64,000 bases of DNA, from NCBI RefSeq assembly GCF_021869535.1, contig NW_026262582.1, positions 28,582,001-28,646,000 of the forward strand. The letters are read 5' to 3'. Below, piece by piece: positions 41,201 through 50,900 of the stretch (its first letter is position 1; the number at the start of each line of letters is the position of its first letter). Under the pieces are notes generated by a model. That model did no database searches. It was not told the DNA's origin and was given only the letters and a program-made list of their open reading frames with translations. The stretch is from Mytilus californianus. Its lineage: Eukaryota. A program made the position numbers and the translations under genes.

Positions 41201-44200
41201 TTTCTGTGCTTTTGTTCAGATTATTATAATCATTAAATTATTTAGAACTGTTTTGGTGTTTCAAATTATGTTGCCTACATATTTGATATATGATATTGAA
41301 CAGTAAATGCGCTTTTGAAACTGGCACCACCTAACCAAACACATTTTTGTAAGATTCGTTCCCTCGAACACTTTTTGTAAGAGTCGTCTTTTTGACCGAC
41401 GCTTTCTGGAGACTCCATATGAGAGGTATTTACCCTTCTGTATTTGAAATAAGTGAAATGAAATTGTAACCGGTAAACCAGAAGTTATAGAGGCATATAG
41501 TCCTTGGTCCACGGTAAAGAATGTAAGGTTACAGTTCGAGGTCATGTTCAAAATTTTGATTTCAACCTATCATATGAAACCAGAAGTGACATTTTTTAAG
41601 TAGCAATCATATCCTTATTTTAAGCAAAAGTTAAAAGAAACCATATATTTTTGGAATCAGCTTCAAGAAAGCTATTGTCTGATACTAGAAATGACATTTT
41701 AAACCCTATTTATTATCTTCACATCATAATATGTGCATTTTAAAGGAAAAGACCGTCATTTGTTCTCTGAACATTTGGTTTTTATTTAGTTTTTTTCAGC
41801 GTGATTGTTTTCTTTTTTGCTATTTTGTTGTTAAGCAAGATATCGCTTTGATATTTGGTGTATGGTATCGAACAGTTATACGCTTATGTAACTGACACCG
41901 CTTAGCCAAATAATTTTCTTTGTAAGAGTTATATCCCCAAACATTGTTTTCTTGTTATTTCTAATACGTCACATCTATAGAAGAAACAGACTAACCCATT
42001 TTTTTAAAATTGCTCGTTATACCCTAAAGATGTTCTGTTTAATTTTGTCTAAATCAGTATAGAGATTGGTTTTTAATTATATATTCAGTTGTTATTATTT
42101 GCCTATTTGCTCGTTATTCTCTATTTTTCGACCAATATTTTTTATTGTGTAAACTCATATCAAATTCTAACCATCTGTATGTGTTTTCTACTTACTCATT
42201 ATTTTCACAGCATTTCAGATCTGAAATTTTAGATGAATGAATTAATGAATAAATAAATGAAGTATATACAGTGTGTGTCAAGGTAGAATGTTTACCACAA
42301 CGGAATCTACATGTTAACATTGTAAAAAAAAAAAAGATACTATTATAATAAAATTAAAATTGACGTTCATACCGCAGTTTTGGTGTGAACATACCATGCA
42401 AATTTTAACAAAATTTTCCGACAGACATTTTAGGTAAATTTCAGCGGTCTGCCCGTTTTCCTTTATATGATACCTTTAGAACTATTCAACCGAAACTTTT
42501 CAAATCTTAGTTTGTTGGTTGAACTTTTATCATGATTTGTTTTAACACCAAATAGAAATATTTTAAGAACATTTCCTACATTTGTGATTTTTTTTTCATT
42601 TATTAAATTCAAGTTAAACTTCTACGGTGAATGAAGCTATTTATGATAAGTATATCCCTACTGTAAAAGTTTTTAATTATGATAATACCACGTTCATTCG
42701 TTTAAAAATTTCATTGCATAAAACTGTAGGAAAAAAATTGAAAAAAATTCCCCATATAAGAAGAAGGCAACTGAAAAATCAAGACCAAAGAAAGAGAAAG
42801 ACGTGCTATTTATTATGAAATTTTGTATGAAACTCCTATTAACATCTATATATCAAGGTTTTAAAAAGGACATAAGTATAAAATACATATATATGTTAAA
42901 TATAATAAATTATCTGTGGCAGTTGTCGTCCGATATTTTGGTTTACACATACCTCTCTTTACTTGTGTCTTTATTAAATCATGGGTAAGTGCTTGTCCAA
43001 AAGCAAAATGCTGACCAGACAGTGTCGGAGACGCTTGGTCGTTAGGTCCTAATTCGTCTGCCATTAGTTTGTTGCTTATCAGTCTAGGGCTTGGTAAATT
43101 ACTTGGAAATCCACCTCTTGGACTATTATCTTCTGCAATGGAGTCTAAACGTATTACACTTATTATATAAAATCGGAACGTATTACACTTAAATCGACGG
43201 TATTACCCTTAAATCGATACGAATTACACTTAAGTCGGAACATATTACACTTAAATCGATACATATTTCACTTAAATCGGTACGTATAACATTTAAATCG
43301 ATATGTATTTCACTTTAATCACAACATACAGGTTGATATACATGTTAAATAAATTGTTCATGCATTTATCGTAGAATATGATTTCTTTGTCTAACCTGCG
43401 GGAAAATATTTATCAACCACTTAAATTTGTGAATGATTCAGCAGACTTTAAAATTCTTAAAAGAATTCTAAAATTTTCAAAACAAATTGTTTATCACCTA
43501 ATTTGTGTAAAAAAAGAATGTTTCGTGCGTGGAATATTTTTTTAATCGTCTTGCATTCACATTAAATGTGTGAATGTGTACAAAACCGTTATATTGGTGT
43601 AACGTGTGCTTCTTTTGTTGAATGAGTAAAATAAGAGCTTGAAAAAACGCGCGTGAGGTGCAAATACACTATTTCAATCCTGGTATCAATGATGAGTTTA
43701 TTTACAGTATTCAAGTCATGTTACTTACCATCGTAATCAATAATGAGATTTCCATTATATTCAAGTCATGTGACTTACCATTGTAATCAATCCTGAGATC
43801 ACCATTATAATCAAGTCCTTTGACTTACCATCGTAATCAATCATGAGATCACCATTATATTCAAGTCATGTGACTTACCATCGTAATCAATCATGAGGTC
43901 ACCATTATATTAAAGTCATGTGACTTACCATCGTAATCAATCATGAGATCACCATTTTATTCAAGTCATGTGACTTACCATCGTAATCAATAATGAGATC
44001 ATCATTATATTCAAGTTATGTGACTTACTATCGTAATCAATAATGAGATTTTCATTATATTCAAGTCATGTGTTTTACCATCGTAATCAATCATGATTTT
44101 TCCATTATTTTCAAGTCATGTGACTTACCATCGTAATCAATAATGAGATTTCCATTATATTCAAGTCATGTGACTTACCATCGTAATCAATCATGAGATC

Positions 44201-46020
44201 ACCATTATGATCAAACCGTCTTTGTGCCGTATTTGCTTTCCCCCATGATGGGTAGATCAGGTTATTACACGATCCGTCATACGTCCTATATTTGGCATTA
44301 GTGGGACAGGATGCGTGTACTGGAAGAAAATAACAAAACAAACTCCCAAACATCTGTTTTAAAAGAAACTTAAAAATGCACAAATACATGAAATAATTAT
44401 CAAAAGGTACCAGGTTTATAATTTGATACGCCAGATGCGCGTTTCATCTACATAAGATTCATAAGTGACGCTCACAAAAACGACAAATAATTGAACACAC
44501 AAGAGGCATCAATACCTGATTGCTATGTTATTAGATCCAAATGGGTGGAGTCTGTCGGTTGAAAGGAAATTTCGAATACATTGTCTAAATGGCTTATTTT
44601 GAGATAATCGTTGTGTTCAAGTCGTCTTTGCATTGTGGTGTGATACATTTACCCGTCATGGGTTGAATATGTTGAAAGAAACACACAAAATGACATAGAT
44701 TTTAACTCATAAGAAGTTTGAATATGTTTTTGCAGCTTTATTATTAATTCCAAGTGGTGCTTAAAAAAAATTCGTAGCATAATGGTATTTTTTCTTTGTT
44801 CTTCGATTGAGTAAACCAGTTATTCTACATATTTTAGAGGAGTTCATTTATTGAATTGATTTTTGTTAGAGCATTATCCAAGCCCGCTTCTAATAGGAAA
44901 ATAGAAAAGAATAGGAGGATTCTAAACCAGGGTATTAACTTTCATCTCAGAAGCGGCTATGCGCTGTATTGATCCGCTTCATTGAACTGGTGAACAATGA
45001 ACGAAAACAAACCCAACAAAACGTTACAGTAATAAAAATTCAAACTCCTTAACCTAGCTCTAAATTAAATCCTGACTCTGTAAACTTGAAGAAAATGAAC
45101 ATTCGAGGGGAGCAGGATCTTCAGGAATTTTCTCCATTTCACAAAGTTCGTTTCTTGTGAATTAGGCATGCTCTAAAAATATTTGTCGCTGGGTGAGCAA
45201 TCTTAGCTGACATTATAGGTTAATGTGTTAATAGGTCCAGCAGCCAAAACTGTGTAAACATACACTACAGACATACAACACATCTGACAAAAATACAAAC
45301 AAAAATATATACCAATAAAGCTAAAAAAAAAAACCTTAACAAAAAATGTATTATTTTAGTTGATAGTAAATTTGACAAAGACGCCCACAAATGTTTTTTT
45401 TTGTAGTCGATCATTCATACAGTATATAATATACACTTTTTCTGTAAAGTATGAATTAAATAAAACATAAATACAAGGGTAAAGAAAATGAAAGCAACGC
45501 TGTTAAAACCTCTCTAGTACGAATTGCGCATAAAAAGACCCACTTGCACCAGGACAGCACACAGCACCAAAACCCAATTGCTCCATCCAAGTCACAATTT
45601 GTAAAAGTAAACCATTATTGGTCAAAGTACGGTCTTCAACCCGGAGCCTTGGATCAAACCGAACAGCAAGCTATAAAGGGTTAAAACAATTACTAGTGTA
45701 TAACCATTCAAACAGAAAAACCAACGGTCTAATCTATATAAAAAAACGAGAAACGAGAAAACACTTATGAACCACATCAACAAACGACAACTACTGAACA
45801 TCAGACTCCTGACTTAAGACAGGTGCAAACAAATGCAGCGGGTTTAAAAGTTTTAATAGGAACAAACCTTCATCCTTATATGAACAAATATCGTTACATC
45901 ACAAAATAGAAAGCCTATCTTATATTTTTAGTGAAGTCGACCCTGGCATAATTTCTTACCTTGAAAAATAACATTGTAAAACAGCCACGAAAACACAAGA
46001 AAAGTCAAACTCCCCATCAT
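32188..46020 (-). CDS. Secreted animal heme peroxidase (peroxidase-cyclooxygenase superfamily; chorion peroxidase/peroxinectin-like), 12 coding exons, ~587 aa, with a 1-nt frameshift in exon 8
   Basis: Hand-spliced translation gives a signal peptide, then [27 protein letters not shown] (distal His), [22 protein letters not shown] (distal Arg), REHNRIA, FRMGHS (proximal His), [49 protein letters not shown]. All 11 introns are GT..AG with matching phases. Exon lengths 61,141,192,25,101,105,96,492,195,167,106,82 sum to 1763, one short of 588 codons. Confidence 0.93.
33483..33588 (-). CDS. Peroxidase exon 11
   Basis: tttttctttcag|CACAG...AAAAG|GTAAAT; [35 protein letters not shown]; 106 nt. Confidence 0.9.
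33808..33851 (-). ncRNA. Minimal type I hammerhead ribozyme, intact core, inside a ~175-bp retrozyme-like repeat (33775-33950)
   Basis: The minus strand reads GCGUCA-CUGAUGA-GUG-uuuugua-CAC-GAAA-C-GUGC-GUC/UGGCGC. Stem I (6 bp), stem II (3 bp), both core boxes and a GUC cleavage triplet are present. Confidence 0.88.
34720..34952. repeat. Degenerate ~55-bp tandem array near the start of intron 10
   Basis: Recurring (t)gaaca(c/t)a(a/g)atcca(t/c)atgatt...ccata motif, 4-5 copies, ending about 20 nt from the donor at 34970-34971. Confidence 0.7.
34972..35138 (-). CDS. Peroxidase exon 10
   Basis: attgttaag|TTCTG...AAAG|GTATGA; [55 protein letters not shown]; 167 nt. Confidence 0.93.
36180..36374 (-). 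CDS. Peroxidase exon 9
   Basis: caattacag|TTTTGG...TATGC|GTAAGT; [42 protein letters not shown]...KELYA; 195 nt. Confidence 0.93.
36867..37358 (-). CDS. Peroxidase exon 8 (distal Arg, proximal His), frameshifted at 37119-37128
   Basis: caatgtag|GAGATTCAAGG...GACAG|GTAAGA; [11 protein letters not shown]...REHNRIA...YKLKPQK, then after a shift GFDDCYND...FRMGHSQ...NRID; 492 nt where 493 is needed. Confidence 0.92.
38183..38278 (-). CDS. Peroxidase exon 7
   Basis: ttttattttcag|CACTT...ACGG|GTAAGG; [33 protein letters not shown]; 96 nt. Confidence 0.92.
38462..39003. mobile_element. Mutator-like MITE with a 9-bp TSD, nested in a retrozyme-like repeat in intron 6
   Basis: Imperfect ~45-bp TIRs (atcttcgctagc...cctcttca / tgaagaggatc...gctaacgaagat); TSD aatgctctt at 38453-38461 and 39004-39012. 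Confidence 0.85.
39403..39507 (-). CDS. Peroxidase exon 6 (Ca-binding loop region)
   Basis: tttcatttcag|ATTAT...TCAT|GTAAGT; [35 protein letters not shown]; 105 nt. Confidence 0.93.
40340..40383 (+). ncRNA. Probable degenerate hammerhead of a second family
   Basis: GUGUUC-CUGAUGA-augUauauuca-GAAA-A-GCGC-UUU/GAACGC. Stem I pairs, but stem II and the triplet are non-canonical. Confidence 0.5.
40683..40783 (-). CDS. Peroxidase exon 5
   Basis: ttttataaag|CATCG...ACAA|GTAACA; [33 protein letters not shown]; 101 nt. Confidence 0.88.
40835..40965 (-). mobile_element. Degenerate hammerhead retrozyme-like repeat (others at 44405-44475 minus, 38411-39125 plus)
   Basis: Same family as the 33.8-kb copy, with CUGAUGA changed to CUAAUGA or CUUAUGA. 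Confidence 0.8.
42196..42220 (-). CDS. Peroxidase exon 4, 25-nt microexon
   Basis: aaaatttcag|ATCTGAAATGCTGTGAAAATAATGA|GTAAGT; DLKCCENND. Supplies the expected Cys-Cys and reconciles phase 1 with phase 2. Confidence 0.85.
42953..43144 (-). CDS. Peroxidase exon 3 (distal His)
   Basis: tttag|ACTCC...AGAG|GTATGT; [28 protein letters not shown]...[16 protein letters not shown]; 192 nt. Confidence 0.93.
43147..43322. repeat. 21-bp minisatellite (acgtattacacttaaatcgat), about 8 copies, abutting the exon-3 acceptor
   Basis: Read directly from the sequence; starts 2 nt from the AG at 43145-43146. Confidence 0.9.
43709..44208 (-). repeat. 50-bp minisatellite, 10 copies, made from the exon2/intron2 junction
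   Basis: The unit tgacttaccatcgtaatcaatcatgagatcaccattatattcaagtcatg recurs at exact 50-bp spacing from 43721 to 44171. Confidence 0.97.
44179..44319 (-). CDS. Peroxidase exon 2
   Basis: ttttcttccag|TACAC...GATG|GTAAGT; [47 protein letters not shown]; 141 nt. Confidence 0.92.
45960..46020 (-). CDS. Peroxidase exon 1 (signal peptide)
   Basis: ATG ATG GGG...CAA G|GTAAGA encodes [20 protein letters not shown]; the phase-1 donor joins exon 2 to give V-H-A-S-C-P, a plausible AxA-like cleavage site. Confidence 0.8.
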
Positions 46021-46035
46021 TTAAGTTACAACGTC

Positions 46036-46072
46036 AAATGATGGTGTTACATTAAAAGATCATGATTATATA
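46036..46072 (-). promoter_or_regulatory. Candidate core promoter of the peroxidase (TATA plus Inr-like)
   Basis: Minus-strand TATATAA at 46066-46072 and TCATTT at 46036-46041, about 30 nt apart and about 20 nt before the ATG. Motif-only evidence in AT-rich DNA. Confidence 0.35.
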
Positions 46073-47644
46073 TGCAATATATATGCAACATTCAATAAAA
46101 TTACCTAATTTGAATAAGCATTCTGATTGGGTGTTACAGCGCTTGAAACATAACATCCTCTTATATTCATCATAATGTATCTTGGAAAAATCAACATGAA
46201 ATTTACATCATGTATGAATAATTCGTAATTTTTCCAATGATTACAAAAAGAAAATTAGACATTAAGGAGGGGACGGTTAGTTGATTTTAAATTTAGTCTT
46301 ATTTATGATTTATTTAAATGACGATTTTGAAACACTCATCAAAAGTCGATTAGATACATAATATCCTGTTCGTTAATTGCATCAATCCATCGACAGTTCT
46401 TTTTTTTTAGTTCATAAATTCTTTATATTATCATGATAATTGTATCATCATAAGTGTAAATATTAGGGACTTTCTGTTTTGAAATTTCCCCGGTGTTCAG
46501 TATTTTCGGGATTTAATTTTTTTCATATATGTTTTATAAAATTGTGAAATGAATTTGTCTATGGGTAGATCAGACGTTTTTTTTCAACGAAATTAAATCA
46601 CTATATATTGCTCCTGTGAAATATCAGAAAATGTTAATATTTGTCGTCTTTTTATTCCATATTATAAGTAACACAGTGTTATAGTAGCCCTATACGATTT
46701 ATTATGAGCCATTTAATTTTATTTGGAATGAGAGCGAGCGGTGGTGGAGCTTCTAACTATTGAGAAAGTGTTTGTAAAGTAACTTTACGGGTATGAATAT
46801 TATTATGCGTTTTGTTGATTTATTAACTTAAAGTACAGTTATAGCATTTCATTCTTTGCAGTCAGGATTTACTTCGTCAAAGTTATCTTGCCATCACGCC
46901 AATAATTTTTAAGTGCGATTGCTCACATGACGGTTGTGTTTAGAAAAAAAATATATCTACTTGCCATTAAGCATAATTTAGTATACTTTTTGGTCAGCTT
47001 AAAACTATTGCCTGATCGGTTAACGGGAGAAATTTATGAAACGTACAAAAAAAAATATCTGATTAAATAATAATTCGCGGAAGGGCAGACTACAATTTGT
47101 TAGAGGTTGAAGACACAAGTCGTTAAGTGGTTTTAGTAAAAAAATGTTATTCGAACACACCTTCTCTGGTGTTTTGACATCTTCATTAGAAAGTTTTTAC
47201 TTGACCTTTATATATCATTTCTTTTGTATTTTATTTAATGTTATACTATGTATATGACCATGTACATTACGCCTGAACATAAAGAAACTGTACCCGAATT
47301 TCTCTTTTCGATGAGATTATTGAAATTTTTTTTCTGTTACGGGGGGAGATATGCAAATGCATGCTTTAAAAAGATTAATCTTTTATCTTTCTGTAGATTT
47401 TTGTCGATGGAATTTATGAGTTTGCGCAAAAAAGATCCACATGTATTTCCATCAGGTACTTTAAACGCCTGTTCTGTGAAAATGTGTCTCTAATTAAAAA
47501 GTTAACATATATCTTGAAGTTCAACACTATAATTTACATTATGTTGTACATGAATTATCATTGCTATGGTTGAAATTATAAATTAACTGTTACTAAACTT
47601 TAAATTTTAGAAATACTAAGGCTTTTCTACCTCCGGAATAAATA

Positions 47645-47825
47645 CCCATAGCTGTATTTGGTAAAACGTTTAGGAATATTTGTTTTTCAATGCTCTTCAA
47701 CTTCGTTCTTTATTTGGCCTTTTTAACTTTTTTTTTATTCGAGCGTCACTGATGAGTCTTTTGTAGACGAAAACGCGCCTGGCGCAAGTTCAGAACTTCA
47801 ATCCTGGTATCTATGATGAGTTTAT
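47645..47825 (+). mobile_element. Hammerhead-bearing retrozyme-like repeat (copies at 53050-53230 and 58495-58680 in the other units)
   Basis: gcgtcactgatgagtcttttgtagacgaa.. core; the GAAA/stem III region is mutated in all three copies. Confidence 0.85.
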
Positions 47826-48159
47826 TCAAGTATTCACATGTTTATATAATATAAGATGAAAAATAATCTTAATTACGCACCTACATCAAACTTTTAAAGC
47901 CTGTAGACAAAGATGTAAACAATTCAAATATACTGAGTCGGCCATTTATACATTTTCTAAAAAGGAATTCCATTTCTTTAGTTTAATTGCAACTGGGTAT
48001 CAGCCTTTTTTTTTAATTATTTTGGATTCAATAATACATATTACCATTTCACACCAATGTTATTTTTTTTCTTTAAAAACAAATTTTGTGATAGCACTGT
48101 AATTATTTATGTTTAACATTTCCCAGTTCCTAATTGAAAGTCTGAAACGTAAACGTGTA

Positions 48160-48535
48160 ACTGTTAAATATCAAATTGGAACCGAGAAATGTCATATTAG
48201 AACTAAGAATTGTCAACTTGGACGTGAGAATTGTCAACTCACAACTAAGAACTTCCAACTTGGAACTGAGAAACGTCAAGTTAGAAGTGAGATATGTCAA
48301 CTGAGAACTAAAAAATGTCAATTTAAAAGTCAGAAATATCAACTTGGAACTAGGAATTGTCAACTTGGAACTTAGAACTGTCAACTCACAACTAGGAAAT
48401 GTCAACTTGGAACTGAGAAACGTAAAGTTAGAAGTGAAGAATGTCAACTTAGAACTAAAAAATTGCCAACTTAAAAGTAAGAAATATCAACTTGGAACTA
48501 ACAAATGTTAACTTGGAACTGAGAAATATCAATTT
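48160..48535. repeat. 21-bp minisatellite (aatgtcaacttggaactgaga); paralogues at ~53560-53650 (shortened) and ~59010-59375
   Basis: Tandem array giving CQLGTEK-type ORFs; present in each duplicated unit. Confidence 0.92.
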
Positions 48536-49329
48536 CTATTTTTGTGACTTCAAAACCATTCCTAATTGAATTTCATTTTCAGTTTTCCTGCCGATTGTTG
48601 TTGATTCCTCCTTTTACTACGGCTTTCTCCACCAATTAAAATTGTTGGTCACTATACAGCAAATAGTGCTGAAAGTGGAGTTAAACACCAACAATCGATC
48701 AACAATATATTTTGTTACTTTTGATAGCTGATATGAGGCGGCAGTTCTTGTTACACTTGTCGTAATCTATCCTGTTTGTCAAAAGTTGTACAAGAAAAAT
48801 GTTTTATTTTTAAATACCGTTATTTAAAGATGATCTCGATCTGTATTTTCAAGGATATGTAGAAGATAAATACTCAATGATACTTAACTTTATTAACAAT
48901 ATTAATGGTGCCAATAAGACTTCACCAAATTTAAATTTCGAAGATAATCAGTGATAATCAAGGCCAAAACATTTGAAAAAACAATTTAATTCAAAACTTA
49001 TTATAAAATATATAGCAGCAAATCAAGTAAACTTGGAAATCATGTTCAAATATCATGTAAAACTGCAAAATCATACAATTATAGTAGTGAAATTGATGAA
49101 AATAACAAAAATTCAAAACAATTTTCGAATAGTTTTAAAAATTTGGGATCACAAAAGATCCTAAATCAAATCCGAATATAGTTCGAAATATCGATAACAA
49201 AAAATTATCAAATGCTTTTCTTTACAACAATAGATAGCTGCAAAGTTAGAAGAAAAAAATTCCAACTGCAAATGGTGTATAGTGACAACTACAAATATTG
49301 AAAAATCTTATTATATTCAGAGAAGGAAA

Positions 49330-50900
49330 TCAGATATAATTTTGATCAATAACAGAGGAATTTGTTTCAAAAGAGCTATGTAGTTTAAATATACGTAAGA
49401 GCATGGGCCTAGATGATATTCCTGAAATGTTTTTTAAGGATGCAGCCCCAAATCTAAAAATTCCCATTAATTCCTTGATAAATTTATCCATTTCTGAATG
49501 TACGGAACCTGACGATCTGAAAATGGCTATGGTCAAGCCCCTATTTAAGAAAGATGACAGACTCAAGCCTGAAAATTACAGGCCTGTCAGTATTCTAAGT
49601 ATTGTTTCTAAAATTCTAGAAAAAGCTGCCTATCAGCAACTTGAAAAATTCTTGATTTCAAATAATTTATTTTTTGAGTTTCAATCAGAATTTAAAAGTT
49701 CTTATTTGACTGATTTTTGTCTCATTCACTTAATTAATCACATCAAAACTCAAACAGCCAAAGTTCTTTTTACATGCTTGTTCCTGTGAGACCTACAGAA
49801 GGCGTTTGACACAGTAGATCATAATATATTATGTGAAAATTTAGAAGTCACTGTGGTTAGATCTATACCTTGGTCCTATTTGAAAAACAGAAAACAGATT
49901 GTGGGTATAAATGGGGTAACTTCAGAAGTGTGTAATATTATTTGTGGTGTCCCTCAAGGGAGATTATTGGGTCCACTATTGTTTTTGATCTATGTCAATG
50001 ATGTTCAGACTAGCATTGACTCAGATTGTAAAGTTTTGATATATGCAGATGATACTGCAATTTTATTTTCCCAAACAGACCCTGGGGTCATCTCTCATAC
50101 ATTATCCAGAAAGTTGGAGTCATGCCATGAGTTGTAAACTGACAATAAATTTTCCTTACATTTAGGAAAGACAGAGAGTATAATTTTTGGCCTGGTCGAA
50201 AACTTCGGTCTCTTATACCAGGTAATTTTGCTATCTCTTGTAATGGTCCTTATATTGAATCCACAAATTTTGTAAAACATTTATGAAATGTAATTGATCA
50301 GTTTCTTACTGGTGATTATATTGTCAATTCTATAATTAAAAAAGTAAATCGGAGACTAATTTTGGTTATATAGAAACAAAGAGTGTCTACATTTTCAATC
50401 TAGGAAAACATTGTGATCTTTTCTGATTCAATGTGATTTTGGTTATGCATGTGGATGCTAGTATGAAGGTTTATCAAAAGAAATGAAGAATTAAAGAGGG
50501 ACGAAAGATACCAGAGGGACAGTCAAACTCATAGATCGAAAACAAACTGACAACGTCATGGCCAAAAATAAAAAGACAAACAGACAAATAATAGTACAGA
50601 TGACACAACATAGAAAACTAAAGACTAAGCAAACTTCAAGTGGCACAAAATATTAGGATTGTGAGATTTGTTCTACAATTACATCCTAGAAAAAGAGTGA
50701 CATATATTGAATTTGAAAAATTAGGTTTTTTGAATATAAGTAATAGAGTCAAACAACTGAGACTCAATCATGTATTCAATATTTATAACAATATATGCCC
50801 CTAATTATTTGAATACTAATGTGAATACTAATGTTGTTAGAAATGAAACATCTTTTAACACACGATCTAGTAACATGAACTTTTTATAAACTTGGAATTA
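49330..50900 (+). mobile_element. Decayed non-LTR retrotransposon RT fragment (L2/CR1 group), unit 1
   Basis: GLDDIP...VKPLFKK...NYRPVSILSIVSKILEK, DLQKAFDTVDH, GVPQG..LGPLLFLIYVND, YADDT; contains an internal TGA and frameshifts. Confidence 0.92.

Noticed and set aside
41261-41551. 96-aa ORF as the missing exon between exons 3 and 5
   Set aside because: The candidate acceptor gives a stop in the required phase and no Cys-Cys; the 25-nt microexon fits exactly.
43709-44208. CRISPR-like regular repeat
   Set aside because: The units are contiguous with no unique spacers, there are no cas genes, the context is eukaryotic, and the unit is an exon/intron junction.
45505-45590. Alternative signal-peptide exon ([16 protein letters not shown], minus strand)
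   Set aside because: No ATG of its own (it abuts a repeat) and a weak donor; the exon at 45960-46020 has an ATG, a GTAAGA donor and the right phase.
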